The notes under the pieces: generated by a model
What the model was told of the DNA's origin: nothing
Seen by the model: the letters and a program-made list of their open reading frames with translations, nothing else
Databases searched by the model: none
Assembly: GCA_977017575.1 (NCBI GenBank)
Contig: CDRNVI010000010.1
Span: 155,389-219,388 of the forward strand
DNA from: Paramoeba atlantica
Lineage: Eukaryota; Protista; Discosea
Length of the DNA stretch: 64,000 bases
Direction of reading: 5' to 3'
Shown: in pieces, positions 23,645 to 35,220 of the stretch
How positions within the stretch are numbered: position 1 is the stretch's first letter
Layout of the letters: each line of letters opens with the position of its first letter
Translations under genes and position numbers: made by a program

Positions 23645-23886
23645 TCTAATTTAAGGGAGAATGAAAGAAGAATGTCAGCGTGCTACTATCTTAGAGGAAA
23701 CAAAGATAGTAAAATGCATATCGTAAAGCAATCAAAAAAGACAAAATTGCCATTTAAAAACAAGATTAATGACATGCATTCGGACTGAACCTTTCGGATA
23801 ACCCATGAGGAACGCCACGACCTATTTTCTTGTTTTCCTGTGTTTTTGGCTCTATCGATCCATATCCCTTCCATACGCTGCACACT

Positions 23887-26865
23887 CTATTCACCCCTCT
23901 CCGATACGTTTGGCACCCTTGGGAGTGTCCTCTTCCCAAGCAATTGGTAGTACTCATCCAAGTACGGCTTGTTGCGTGGATCGCGAATGTTAATTTTAGA
24001 ACCCGGAAGTTTCCAGAACGGGTAGTTGGTGTAAATCCTTCGTCTCGCTCGCATACGAAGCGTTCGGCTTTTTGCTTCCTCAATGATTTTTCCATGGTTG
24101 CGCAGATCACGACGAATACGCTCATCGACAGGCTTGCGTACCTTTTGTTTTTCTAAACTCGAAGTATCACTAGAGGGCTGAGCTTTGACGCGTTCTTTTC
24201 CTCGTTGGTTTAATTTTCCTCTTCGCGGAACCTGAGCAGGAATATCAGTGGGAGAAGAAAAATTCGAAATGGAAACTGATCCTTCTTCTCCATCTGTGGT
24301 TGTTCTATTCACTTGTTGAGGAAGCAGAGATTGTAGTCTTGAATTAATATCCCTGGTAGAAGACCCCGCATTCAAAATTTCAAGGTCTATCCCATTTTCG
24401 GCATTTGTTGCCTCTCCTCTATTTGAGCCCTCCTCTGTAGTGTACTCCGTGTCTGGCTGTAAAAGGAATACACGCAAATTTGACTGTGTCGCTTTGTCGG
24501 CTAATTTGTCATCTAGGGTCAAAAGACTTGGGGAATCCATTGTGTGCTTTTCCTCCGTGTGTGAAAATAACTGAAGATGACATAACGTAAACACCTGAGC
24601 GATCAACATGATTCTGTCATCATCATCCGAAAGCGAACGGTTGGGAAGAAGAAGGGAAAATAAGTTCTCTTTTTTCTCAAGATGATTTTCATCGGTTTGT
24701 GTTCTTGTTGTTCCGTAGGAACGAAAAAGTAACTCCTCCGTGGGATGCAACAAACGAACAACTCTATTGTTTGCAACACAGCTTTTTGAGGTTTGAACTT
24801 CGATTTTAAAATCATGCTGAATACAACGAAGTAACAACGTAATCGAATCTCGGATGTGGACCGCATCACTCGATTGTACAGTTTGTTGTAACGTAAGGCA
24901 AGCCTCCCGAAGAGCCACAAAAGGAATATATAACAAACAAGATTTATTAGTTTCCTCTGTTTCGTTTGCTAAGTTATTTAGCCACTGATCGACCCGTGTA
25001 AAATGCTCAACGGCAGAGGCGTCTAAAATGTAAATACGGCTAGAGAAGTCTTGCAAAATGCGCTGCAGGTCGGTAAATTGGCTAAGTAGAGGATATGAGG
25101 GATTAAGTGCGTAACAACAACTTGCCGGGTCTCGGGGAGACACATTGGAGCATACCGTGTTGACAATAATCTCATCGAATTCAGGAAAGGTTTGGGTAAG
25201 GTAAAGAAATAACGAGTGCGCAACTTCAGGGTTGGTTTCGCGATCAATTGTTTCGTACACCGTATCGGCGAAAGCAAGATCCACAGCGATGAGAGGGTCT
25301 GTGGAAGTTGTATTGGATATCTCTAGCCTATCGGGCGTGCTCCCTACTCTTTTTTCGTCCTTTTCATCAAAAGACTGCATCCGATTCCTTTCCGTCGCGT
25401 CTGTTGCTTCCAAATTTTCATTATCCGCGTTGATCGGCTGTTCCGCTTTACGCTCTTGATGTAACCGTTCAAGCTCCTTTTGCTGATATTGCAGCGCATT
25501 CACAGCGTTTTCTGTCGGATTACGCTGCAAATAGCGTTTCACCATACGAGAGTAACACGCATGGAGGTTGGCCCACTCCTTCTTTTCCCAATATTTAACA
25601 TACAACATTTTCCATGCCACACGACCGAGAGTACTTTCTCCGGAAACGCAACCCAATATCTCACCCAATGTTGTGGGATAGATTTCTATCTCGAGCGCCT
25701 GGACCTTTTGTAAAAGTTTCCACGCGGTTTCTATTTTATCCCCATCACAAAGAATTTTAACGTACGCATCATAGTGATCCGCGCCAAACGCATTTCCTCT
25801 ATTGTTCCCCCTTTCCTTAGTGTGTCGGAGCCAATCACTCAGCAAATGCGTAGCCTCCTTCACCAAAGGCTTTTCCGGGGTGGAGAGATACGCCAGACGA
25901 CCCAGCGCACGTAAATATACCCCATAGGGGTCTTTTCCCCCTTGATCTGGACCACATAACACTTGGACGATCTCCCCCACCTCCGAGGCCGTTTCCGCCC
26001 ACCCCAGGGCCGCAAACGCGTGTTTTGGGAGTATTCGCCTCCAGTTCTTCTCCGGGAATAACTCACACACCACAGGGTCGCTGATATCGCCCCCTAGAAC
26101 CTCCAAATGCCAATCCAACCACTCCAGAGCTTTGCCTCTCTCATGGACCGCACAGAGCAATCGGATATACGCCGCAACCACCAGCGAGTTATGCAAAATT
26201 TCGTTCCGATGCTGAAAAACCGAAAACGAGTCCTCCAGAAAAGTACCCGAAAGCGGGGAACACGAAACGGTACGCTCGAGCGCGAGAAACAGCGTGCGGT
26301 AAAACACCGGATCCTCCAGCAGCGCGGCACTCACCGCCACAACACTCGGGCTATGCTGTCCTTGCGGGGCAGCTGTTTTCGTAAACACCAACTCCAGCCC
26401 TGCCGTGTCCCCAACGCTTTTTAACACTTTTAAATAGGTTAACACGACCCCGCGTGAAAAAGTGTGTCGGTGGAGCAAATTCCGATAAAGCGCATGAATT
26501 TTCGGGATCATTTTATCCATTCTTTCGGTTTCATTTCCCTCTACGGTTTGCTGCACCCACTGTTTGGTCCATTTCAGCAGCTCCACCGCTCGACACGGGG
26601 GGAGACGGAAATGGGACTGCGTGAGTAGCTCGAGCAGTACCCAGGGCGGGGTGTTCCAGCACTCACAGGCGGGAATCAGCGCAGCGCGCAGCGGGGCATC
26701 GAGAGCGTATTGCTTTAACGCTTTCGGAACCGTTGGGGTCGCAAAGGAGGCGTTTGCGGGGGTGAGCGCGCGAATCGCGGGAGCGTTTTTTACGGGACAA
26801 AGAGGAGATGACGGGGAGGAGACACAGGGGAGACAACGTAGAAAGGGTGTACGGAAACGCGACAC
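23887..26865 (-). CDS. 992-aa putative mitochondrial protein with PPR-like helical repeats and a PIN-like nuclease domain
   Basis: Arg-rich, acid-free N-terminus (MSRFRTPFLRCL); PPR-like YDAYVKILCDGDKIETAWKLLQKVQALEIEIYPTTLGEIL; PIN-like YILDASA / LYIPFVALRE / DDDDRIM / LLTLDDKLADKA. Confidence 0.65.
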   Translation of the reverse strand: MSRFRTPFLRCLPCVSSPSSPLCPVKNAPAIRALTPANASFATPTVPKALKQYALDAPLRAALIPACECWNTPPWVLLELLTQSHFRLPPCRAVELLKWTKQWVQQTVEGNETERMDKMIPKIHALYRNLLHRHTFSRGVVLTYLKVLKSVGDTAGLELVFTKTAAPQGQHSPSVVAVSAALLEDPVFYRTLFLALERTVSCSPLSGTFLEDSFSVFQHRNEILHNSLVVAAYIRLLCAVHERGKALEWLDWHLEVLGGDISDPVVCELFPEKNWRRILPKHAFAALGWAETASEVGEIVQVLCGPDQGGKDPYGVYLRALGRLAYLSTPEKPLVKEATHLLSDWLRHTKERGNNRGNAFGADHYDAYVKILCDGDKIETAWKLLQKVQALEIEIYPTTLGEILGCVSGESTLGRVAWKMLYVKYWEKKEWANLHACYSRMVKRYLQRNPTENAVNALQYQQKELERLHQERKAEQPINADNENLEATDATERNRMQSFDEKDEKRVGSTPDRLEISNTTSTDPLIAVDLAFADTVYETIDRETNPEVAHSLFLYLTQTFPEFDEIIVNTVCSNVSPRDPASCCYALNPSYPLLSQFTDLQRILQDFSSRIYILDASAVEHFTRVDQWLNNLANETEETNKSCLLYIPFVALREACLTLQQTVQSSDAVHIRDSITLLLRCIQHDFKIEVQTSKSCVANNRVVRLLHPTEELLFRSYGTTRTQTDENHLEKKENLFSLLLPNRSLSDDDDRIMLIAQVFTLCHLQLFSHTEEKHTMDSPSLLTLDDKLADKATQSNLRVFLLQPDTEYTTEEGSNRGEATNAENGIDLEILNAGSSTRDINSRLQSLLPQQVNRTTTDGEEGSVSISNFSSPTDIPAQVPRRGKLNQRGKERVKAQPSSDTSSLEKQKVRKPVDERIRRDLRNHGKIIEEAKSRTLRMRARRRIYTNYPFWKLPGSKINIRDPRNKPYLDEYYQLLGKRTLPRVPNVSERGE

Positions 26866-27207
26866 GGTGGGGGAAGGGAAGGGAGGGGGTTTAAGGTTGT
26901 GGAGTACAGATTTGTGTGATAAAAGTAAGCCGGTTCAGCGTCATGTTGAAGAGGGGAGCAAGTAAACGTTTTTTCTACAAGAATTTTTGATGTAAAATAG
27001 TGTTTTTGCGATCAAAGGATCATTTCTATGCTTTTGAAATTTATACCACATATCTTTCTTAGACGATTTAATCCACCGAAATAAACGGTTTCAACTCTCC
27101 TCAATTTAAAGGACTTCATCGTCTCCTTTACCACTCACCTCCACTTTTTACTTTTACGCAACACCTCTTTGCTTATCTTCCTGTCTTTTTCCCTCCATTA
27201 CCTCTAC

Positions 27208-27672
27208 CTACTTCCGACGTGCCAGCACACCCTGGACCCTCCCATGGCGTCCGGAGGTCTTCGTGTGCTGCCCCCGCACCCTGTGGCCATAGTAATGCCG
27301 AATCCCACGATGCGCGCGGATCTTCTTCAGACGCTCCAAATCCTCTCGGATTTTGTTATCCCAGCTCACCGAGGTGCAGTGCTCGGAGTTCCCCGTGGTA
27401 CGGTCCTTTTTACGGTTCAGCATCCATTCCGGGATGTTAAACTTTTGAGGGGACGCGATCACCTCCGCGATACGCTCCAGCTCTACCGGGGTGAGAGTCC
27501 CGGCCCGACGGTTAGGGTCAATTCCAGCCTTTTTGGTCACCACCAGAGCCATGCGAACCCCAATGCCTTTGACCATACGAAGCGCGTAGGGAATTTTACG
27601 TTTCCCGTCCAAATTGGTGTTGGACATTCGGATAATGTGCGTGAATTCGGGAGGGGCGACAGAGAGGGACAT
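27208..27672 (-). CDS. RPS18: 40S ribosomal protein S18 (uS13)
   Basis: FTHIIRMSNTNLDGKRK, KGIGVR, REDLERLKKIRAHRGIRH and RGQHTKTSGR motifs. True ATG at 27672, preceded by a polypyrimidine tract. Confidence 0.97.
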   Translation of the reverse strand: MSLSVAPPEFTHIIRMSNTNLDGKRKIPYALRMVKGIGVRMALVVTKKAGIDPNRRAGTLTPVELERIAEVIASPQKFNIPEWMLNRKKDRTTGNSEHCTSVSWDNKIREDLERLKKIRAHRGIRHYYGHRVRGQHTKTSGRHGRVQGVLARRK

Positions 27673-27963
27673 TGGGGGAGGGAATAAAACGGGTTGAAAA
27701 GGATAAAAAAGGGTTTGGAAAATAGAGAAAGATGTGAGGAAGGCTCGAAAATGTAATGGAAATACCCAAAACAGATCCTTTTTTGAACCAAACTTTGAAA
27801 TCAAAAGCCATTCCTTCAAGTCTTTCATCCGAACTGAACTTCGATACCTTCTATTCCCACCTTCTTTTCTTCCTTAAAACCTTCTTTTCCTCAAAAAAAC
27901 ACTTTCACACTTTCTCCTCACCCCAAAAGAACCCCCCTTTCCCCTCTTTCCCTCCCCTCTCCC

Positions 27964-28449
27964 CTACAAACACCGCGCGCGTACAAAATTATACGGCACC
28001 GGGGCCACCCTCACCGCCTTTCTTTTACTCTTCACCACCCCTGCCACCACCCCCCCTCCCGGCTGCCGTTTCATCCCCCCCCTCCCCTTCCCCCCCTCCT
28101 TTCTCAGCTTCGCCAGCTCCCCCATCCGTGCCGCGTGGGCCTCGGCGCAGCGCGAGAGCCGCACGTGCTCGACGCGGACGCAGATGCGTTTCCGCAGCAC
28201 GCGGCTGCCGACGCGCTTGTTCACCACGACCCCAAACCCCCGGGGGGTGACGTTCCACACGACCCCGGTCTTCCCGTGGTAGAACTTGTGCGGCATCCCC
28301 TCCCGGATGGAGGGGTCCGCGACGACGTCGACGTAGTCCCCGATTTTAATCGGGGTGAGAGAGGGGCGGATCCCGGGCACCCCGTGCCGGCGAAACTTTT
28401 TCGCAAACAGGGTGCGGGTGCCGTGGCGCAGTCCCCAGGAGTGTACCAT
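27964..28449 (-). CDS. RPL21: 60S ribosomal protein L21 (eL21)
   Basis: GLRHGTRTLF, KIGDYVDV, GMPHKFYHGKTGVVWNVT and VRVEHVRLSRC motifs. True ATG at 28449, preceded by a polypyrimidine tract. Confidence 0.97.
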   Translation of the reverse strand: MVHSWGLRHGTRTLFAKKFRRHGVPGIRPSLTPIKIGDYVDVVADPSIREGMPHKFYHGKTGVVWNVTPRGFGVVVNKRVGSRVLRKRICVRVEHVRLSRCAEAHAARMGELAKLRKEGGKGRGGMKRQPGGGVVAGVVKSKRKAVRVAPVPYNFVRARCL

Positions 28450-29219
28450 GGTGGGGGGTGGGTGGGGAGGAAAAGGTTGAGGAGAAACAAAAAGAAGACT
28501 TCGGAAGGAATAAAAAAGTGGTGGAGGGAGAGAAAGGGAAAAGCGTACTTGGGAATACACAGAGGAAAAAAAGTAAAGAGGTAAAAAAAATAGGAGAAAA
28601 GTAGTGGTCAAATTTTTAATTTTGTGAAAACAAATCCCGAAAAAAAAGTAGTTTGTAAAAAGCTTCCCCCTGGCCCAGTTAGCGCACGCCCCTACGGTAC
28701 CCGTTTAGCACCGCGGCGTGCGCTAAAAACTTCTTGGTCATCGTAAATACGTTGTAAGGGTCTTCCACAATGTCTCCCTCTTCACACACTCTTATAAAGT
28801 GTTGTTGTTACTCCAGGGGCGACCCGGGATAGGACCTATCTGGTATCGGAGGAAGATTCTCGTCCCCACCGAGAATAGGAGCAGGTGGGTTTCCCTCATG
28901 GTGCCCTCGTCGGGGTTCCCACACGGTCCACACGTAAACCTGTACGGACGCGCCGGATAAGCTCTCTCTCTGGCCGCCTCCCGACGGGCCGGGAACCAAA
29001 ATCCTCTTTTTTTGAGGAGGGGGGGCACTCAGCTCACCAGCGGGACGATCCTGGAAGACAAGAGCGCTCTTCAGTGTCCCGCACGTACATTGTACGTGGC
29101 CAGCGTCTGTGAATCCTTCCTCGACAAATCAGTAGAGGGAAAAGTAGCGCCAGCGTGGAACCCCCGCTCCTTCTCCTCCTCTTCGTTTCCTCTTATTCCC
29201 CGAGGATAAACTGTCTCAA

Positions 29220-30430
29220 CGACAGTTGGCTCGCGAATGGCGTATGCGAGCACATCTAGAGGGGTTGGAAACCTCTGAACGGACTCCCAGCCCAGCTAAC
29301 GGTTCCCCCATGTCGGCACTCAAGCGCGCGGAGGAGTTGGCAAGCCTTGAGGCTCCACTCGACCCCCCTCTGTGAATGAAACCTTTTACGTATGGCCTCG
29401 TAAGGCATATAAACAAGCTCGTATTATTGGATACTAAACGGAGTTTTCCATAAACATCTCAATCACTTTACAAAGGGTTATCTGCGCAACTCGATCCCCA
29501 GGAAATTTTTCCCATCATGCCGTGTGAACTAATTGGCTGCCCCTTCTGGTGTGTTCCCTTAGACTATGTTTTCTAATCTTCTTGATCCTGACTCATCGTC
29601 ACCACCTACCATCAAATCTTCAGCATTGCTAATGTCACCTAAATTAGGTGACCTAATAGCTGTCTTGGCCCTTTACATCTCTTGCAAGACCCAAAGTTCA
29701 TTAAAGCTGATGACACAATTAATTTAATGGACAAGTTTGATACTCGCACAACGTATTTCATCAAGGAGCGAGAGAAAGGACGTGCACGTTGCCCTGTTAT
29801 GACCACCCCGGGTTCCCGTGCTGCATATATGACTTGTGAACGATTCTTTTGTGCTGCAACTAACCACACTGCATATTCCTACTACATTGGGCGAAGTGAC
29901 CCACCTTATTTAGGGGCATTATTGACGAAACGACTTCACCCGACGGGGACGCCCTACAAAACAGGCAAATATCTGTACGAGTAAGGACCACCCCTTACCT
30001 CCTTGCCTCCCTCAATGAGGGAGCTACTTTCTAAGCCCGGAGCCCCGGCAGGGCGCCACCCATCTTATCGCCCCATCGCGATGTGGGAGTGTTTCCTCAA
30101 GGTGGCAGGACGACTTGCCCTGGAGAAACTGAGAGAATACGCCTGCCTCCTTTTCTCCAACGGCTGCAACTCGGAACTCAATACACCCAAGGGTGTGAAC
30201 ACACCATCTGTAGTGTCCGACATCACTTTAGGGTCAAGCCGGATGAAGTCATAGTGGCAGCTGATTTCGAGAATGCCTTCAACAGCATCTCGAGGTCAGC
30301 CATATTCAGGGCCCTAAAGGGAGACCCGAAGCTACTTTCCCTCGAGAGTATTACTTTCTTCCTCTCATGGAGTTCTACAAATATATTTTATAGCAAAGAT
30401 GTAAATTTATATTTTGTCCCCCCCTAGTCC
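29220..30430 (+). mobile_element. Degenerate CRE/SLACS-like reverse transcriptase fragment
   Basis: YRPIAMWECFLKVAGRLAL and VAADFENAFNSISRSAI (RT domains 1-3) at ~30000-30380; the upstream part is heavily decayed. Confidence 0.72.
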
Positions 30431-30466
30431 TTTGTCACTACTTCTTTTCGTACGGTGTAATACACT

Positions 30467-31085
30467 GTATGCGCTAAATTTCAGAGTGGAAGATTCACGT
30501 TTTTCATCATACTGCTATACCTTGGTACAGAAACACGGACCAATGATGTTCTTCATCAGGTAGAGCAAGAATTATTGTCCAGGTGGAAGCTACTAGAATA
30601 ATGTTAGTCCTGGGGACATTTTCGTTTCCTACGCGTTTTAAAGGAAATGATAAGATGATACTTGCAAACTATCTATTTCGCGCTAGGTATGTATGTCTAT
30701 ATATCTACGCGCTAGGTGTGTAAATTTCAGAAAAGTGAAAGTTTCACGCTTTTCATCATACTGCTATTTTAATGCAGAAACACGGACCAATGACGTTCTT
30801 CATCAGGTAGAATAAGAATTATTGTCCAGGTGGAGACTACGAGAATAATGTTAGTCCTGAGAAAATTTCGTTCCACAAAAGCCTAAGCACTCTAAAGGAA
30901 AAGATAAGATAATACTTTCGTTTCCTACGCGCTCTAAAGGAAATGATAAGATGATACTTGCAACTATCTACTTCATATGCGCTAGGTGTGTAAATTTCAG
31001 AAAAGTGAAAGTTTCACGCTTTTCATCATACTGCTCTTTTAATGCAGAAACACGGACCAATGACGTTCTTCATCAGGTAGAATAC
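30467..31085. repeat. Tandem repeat, ~2.5 copies of a ~240-270-bp AT-rich unit
   Basis: The block AAATTTCAGA..TTTTCATCATACTGCT..CAGAAACACGGACCAATGA.GTTCTTCATCAGGTAGA recurs at ~30477, ~30722 and ~30992. Confidence 0.85.
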
Positions 31086-31689
31086 TGTGAGGAGTAAAAG
31101 ATCTATAGTGCAGTGAAACACTGTACTCCCCCTCTCATTAATTTTTAATAATATAAATTATAACAAAAATGAAAATTTATACTATCCCCCCTATTTAATA
31201 GGGCTACGTGTCACCCCCCCCTATAATAGGGCCATTTTTGTCTGGAAGGCCAAAAAAGATTGGTAATAATAATAAATGCCGGTAAGGTGGAATCTCCCAG
31301 TTTTGTTCGGATTTCTGTTAATACCCCCTTGAAACCCTGAGTCCATTTTTTAGAAGACTCTGCATCTTGAAAATACGACGCTGCACGATGATCTTGTATG
31401 ATGCGCTTGTTATGTTCTTTGTGAGGAACTTTGGCATGCACACCATCCGTCACCCCCCTCCACAAGAAATGCGCGCGGTGAAGTACACCATCAGCAGATA
31501 CAAGTATTGTTGATGTAAATCCGAGACGCGTCCCTGCAAGCTGTATTGGCTTTCCCTTTGATGCACGTACCCATGTCCATTCGCGGTTTGTTTCATCCAG
31601 CTTACAGAAAAATTCATCCATGTTAAATACGAGTTCTGGGAGAATGTGGGAATTTTATCTCATCATAAAAGGACAAACCAGCCTTCTTC

Positions 31690-32436
31690 ACTGCAGGAGG
31701 GGAAACCCATGTCTCTGCCGACGCGGCGAGCGTGATTATGGCCCGGAGCGTTATCCATGATCACTGTTGCCGCTGGTTTACGCTTTAACCAGTTGTAGAA
31801 ACCATTTCGTTTTGTCATGGCAGAGAGAAACGTTTCATTAGTGACCGTCTCATTCTCCGCAAACTCATGAAAACAGTGAACCTTGGGAACCCCCCATTTT
31901 CTTCATCTACAATAGATTCTAACATTATTCGAAACTCTTCATTATCAATCGCATTCTTACGTATGTATTTTATACGTTCTAACCCTCCTGTCTCCCGGTG
32001 GCGTTTAACCCATCGAGAGACAGTTGCTTCACTGCATTTCATAAGAGCAGCAGTGTCTGTAATCGAACGTCCCTGGTTTTGTACCTCATGGACGCAAATT
32101 ACACGTGTTTCATGAGTGATTTGTTGCGTCGAGAGGGTGCGCCTCTGGCGGCGAAGTGTTTTCGGCATAAAAGATGTGTTAGAAAGAGTTAAGTGGTATT
32201 TTATTCATAGATTAATGCGCTAAAATGATAAAAAATGATAAAAATCCGATTTTTTGCAGAATTTTCGGGTAAAAAATTCAGTAAAATTTTATCATGACGT
32301 CATATCAGCTTCAGGAGCGGCAACAATGGTGCCAGTAGTCTTAAAATTTCGAGATCTGTTGAATGCCGAAGGAATTAGGTCAAAAGCTCGCGCGGTACAA
32401 ATTTTAGACCCCCCACCTTTTTCGTGACCCCCCCTG
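31690..32436 (-). mobile_element. Internally deleted Tc1-like element nested in pogo
   Basis: HTH ORF 31815-32168 (CSEATVSRWVKRHRETG), TVIMDNAPGHN at ~31740-31770, and a terminus TA|CAGGGGGGTCAC..GGGGGGTCTAAAATTTG of the same TIR class as 42211. Confidence 0.75.
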
Positions 32437-33066
32437 TAAAGAAGTACTGCTCTATTTGCGACAGAGAGACGTTGTTCAGCGTTCGCTCCAATTCTTCCTG
32501 TCTGGATTGCTCTTCACGAGGTGATAGTATAACATTATTTTTAGAAGCCTGCCAACATTGTGCTGAAAATTGTGTCCCTGTTGGGAAGAATCTACAATGT
32601 ATGCTCACAGTGCCATGGCGCGCAAAGTCCGGAGACATTTGCACCACCATTAGTGGCCAAACTAAGTGAACGTGGGCTTGACATTGATAGAGTCAAGCGC
32701 GTTTGTTGTTCTTATGTCGGGTGGAACATTTGTGGCTGCACCATGTCGTTCTCCCAGGTGGCGCATATAAATTTATTAAATTAAATTTATTATGCATCAT
32801 AAAAAATTCTGCTAAGGCTGGGCCCCGCAAGACGTATCTTCGATCAGCCGAGGCAGTTGCTTTTTGGTTGGGACACGCTCTTCAAGGAAACAGTGCGCGA
32901 GATGGCGGATTGTCAACACCAACGCACCACTTTTTTTCCCAAAAAATAATTTTCTTGTCATTTCCAGTGGACCACTTTTTCTTAAAAACTGTATTCTCAT
33001 TTCCAATGCACCATCAATTATTTAAAGAAGAATTATTTTATAATATCCTTCGGATCTACACTACAA

Positions 33067-34014
33067 ATGCGCCGTTATTCAAGACTCAGTCATTACGATC
33101 GTAATCGTATTCAATCACTCTTTACATCTGGCGAGAGTCGGCGAAGCATAGCTCGCATAATTGGCAAAAGTCACAGCACTGTTTGTCGCGAGTTGGCGCG
33201 TAATGCAAGAAGGGGTCAGCGCTATGAGGGGACGAGGGCACAGCGCATTTCGAAAAGACGCCTCTCGTGTAAAAAGGTCAAGCCTCACAAGATACAAGGC
33301 CTTTTGGAAGAGGAAGTCAGCTCTCGACTTCAAAAGAAGCACAGCCCGGAACAGATTGCAAATACGATCCGTAGCTGTCGTACCGCCTCGACTTCTACCA
33401 TATATCGCCATATTCGTCGCAACGCGTCCTTAGGCGGCAAGTTGTACACCCATTTGCGGATCCGGCGAAAGAGGCCATACCGTCGTCGCACCAGACCTGA
33501 TCGCAGCGCGATTCCCAACCGAACGCCACTTGAAAATCGACCAGAAATTGCTAATAAGCGTCGGCGCTACGGCGATTGGGAAGCAGACTTGGTCGAGGGT
33601 CGAGGACATACCGGATATATTCTTACCCTGTGCGAGCGTAAGAGTCGCTTCCTTGTTCTTCGCAAGTTGGAATCTAAGCACGCGAAGGGGGTAAGCAAAC
33701 AAATTGTAGACGGGTTAAAGAATTACAAGGTTCAAACAATCACATACGACAACGGAACAGAATTCTGGCACCATGAAGAAGTAAACAAAAAATTAAAATG
33801 CAAGTCTTTCTTTTGCGCTCCATATCATTCGTGGGAGAAAGGGTCTGTGGAACATGCAAACGGTTTGATCCGACAATTCCATCAGAAAACCGAATCTTTT
33901 GAGAATTTGAACCAAAGTGAATTAAACAAAACAGCATTGGAATTGAACACTCGTCCTCGGAAATTATTAAATTATCGTTCTCCAATGGATTTTGTGAATG
34001 AACTGCGTAAGTAA
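33067..34014 (+). CDS. IS30-family DDE transposase, intact ORF (copy 1)
   Basis: 315 aa: HTH (SRRSIARIIGKSHSTVCRELARN), SPEQIA, STIYRHI, GDWEADLVEG, LTLCERKSRF, TITYDNGTEF, APYHSWEKGSVEHANGLIRQF and LNTRPRKLLNYRSP; D-33-E spacing. Confidence 0.95.
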   Translation: MRRYSRLSHYDRNRIQSLFTSGESRRSIARIIGKSHSTVCRELARNARRGQRYEGTRAQRISKRRLSCKKVKPHKIQGLLEEEVSSRLQKKHSPEQIANTIRSCRTASTSTIYRHIRRNASLGGKLYTHLRIRRKRPYRRRTRPDRSAIPNRTPLENRPEIANKRRRYGDWEADLVEGRGHTGYILTLCERKSRFLVLRKLESKHAKGVSKQIVDGLKNYKVQTITYDNGTEFWHHEEVNKKLKCKSFFCAPYHSWEKGSVEHANGLIRQFHQKTESFENLNQSELNKTALELNTRPRKLLNYRSPMDFVNELRK

Positions 34015-34806
34015 AAGAAGCTAAGTAAGCAAAGGTACGTGAGAAAGCTTGTAAAGTTAGTCTGTTAGTGTTGGAAATTTAATGACATTAAATTTAAGCA
34101 TTTTGTAAAGGTGAAGAAATTCTTGTCTAATAAAGTTTCTTACTCAGATCTTACACTTGTATTACACTTTCTTTAAATACTCTGGATAAGTTTTTATGTT
34201 GAAAGGAAAAAGGAACGATGTTCAACTATGGTGAGGCGCAGAAAAAAGGAATGACGGTCGACTATGGTGAAAAAAGTGGTGCGCTGGAGTTGACAATGGG
34301 GTGGTGCACTGGAGTTGAACATCCGGGGATCTTTCAAAAACATTGCGTCGAATTTGGGAGTCCTATCGAGGACGTGAATCTGAGCTTCGAAAGGAGCAGC
34401 GCGATGCCCTTGTAAAGAAAGTTGAAGAACGCTTGGTTGATAAAATTGATGATTTTAAGATTGTTCGAGAAAAAGTTCACCGCGCTCAATCTTTGATCGA
34501 AGATTCTTCACTATCTGTCGAAGAACTTTTTCAACATCTTAAAGATAAGAAAGTTTTGCGAGAAGAAAAAGAGGTTCTTCTGCGGCACGTTAAGCGTCCC
34601 CAACCCCAACCACTTGCAGAAGGAAAGAAGGAAGAAAAGAAAGGTCGGACACGTATTATTAAGGGAGCACTAAGTCAGAATACATTGAAGTTCTCAGTTT
34701 CCTTGAATTAAGTGAAGTCTTTAAGGTGACGAAAGTTTTATGGAGTTGACCTTATACACGCATGTTCTGTGTTTGTAGCCTAAGTATGTAGATCTGGTAG
34801 GAAAGA

Positions 34807-35220
34807 ATGTTTTTTCGTCGAAACGGAAAATCATATTTCTTTCAATATTTTTTGAGAATGCCTTCTGAACTAATTGTGTTCGGTCTTACAGATGCCACTC
34901 TAACCTACCTTGAGCGCCTCGGGTTTGACAAAGAAGAAATTTTTGCGTCATTTCTTTTCTTGCGGACCGGCGGGAATTATGTAACTGTTTCCGATCATCT
35001 AACAGCAAAATTTAAGCGCGGGTGGAGCGAGAAGTCATGTGCAACCAAAATTCCGGAGTTTTTTCAATCGTTATATAAGGATCTACGTCAAAACTGGCTT
35101 GAACCGCGCAATGACATTCTCTTTGACAACTCTAATGGAACGGACGGTTTTTTAAGCGACGATGTACGTATGGTGGTTGACACAGTTCCACTTTATGTAG
35201 ATGCTCTAGATGATTGCTAG
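34807..35220 (+). mobile_element. Possible PIF/Harbinger-like transposase N-terminal fragment (34218-34711 may be its partner ORF)
   Basis: LFLRTG..Y..VS helix pattern followed by RMVVDTVPLYV, which resembles the first-Asp motif of DDE_Tnp_4; truncated. Confidence 0.4.

Noticed and set aside
1-28449. Genome-wide stop-codon reassignment (Blastocrithidia-like)
   Set aside because: Host genes are long open frames under the standard code and end in TGA, TAG and TAA at the expected C-termini.
30510-30540. Second SL-like sequence (minus strand GTTTCTGTACCAAGGTAT)
   Set aside because: Only a 9-nt core matches, and the paralogous tandem units read TTTCTGCATT; probably chance.
33067-34014. Bacterial contamination or chimeric contig as the explanation for IS30
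   Set aside because: Judged unlikely because three more diverged copies are nested in eukaryotic TEs and there are no other bacterial genes. Read-level confirmation is still needed.
33990-34090. IS30 terminal inverted repeats (TGTCA...CCAAC at ~32909 versus the inverse at ~34066-34087)
   Set aside because: The match is too short and gapped to call.
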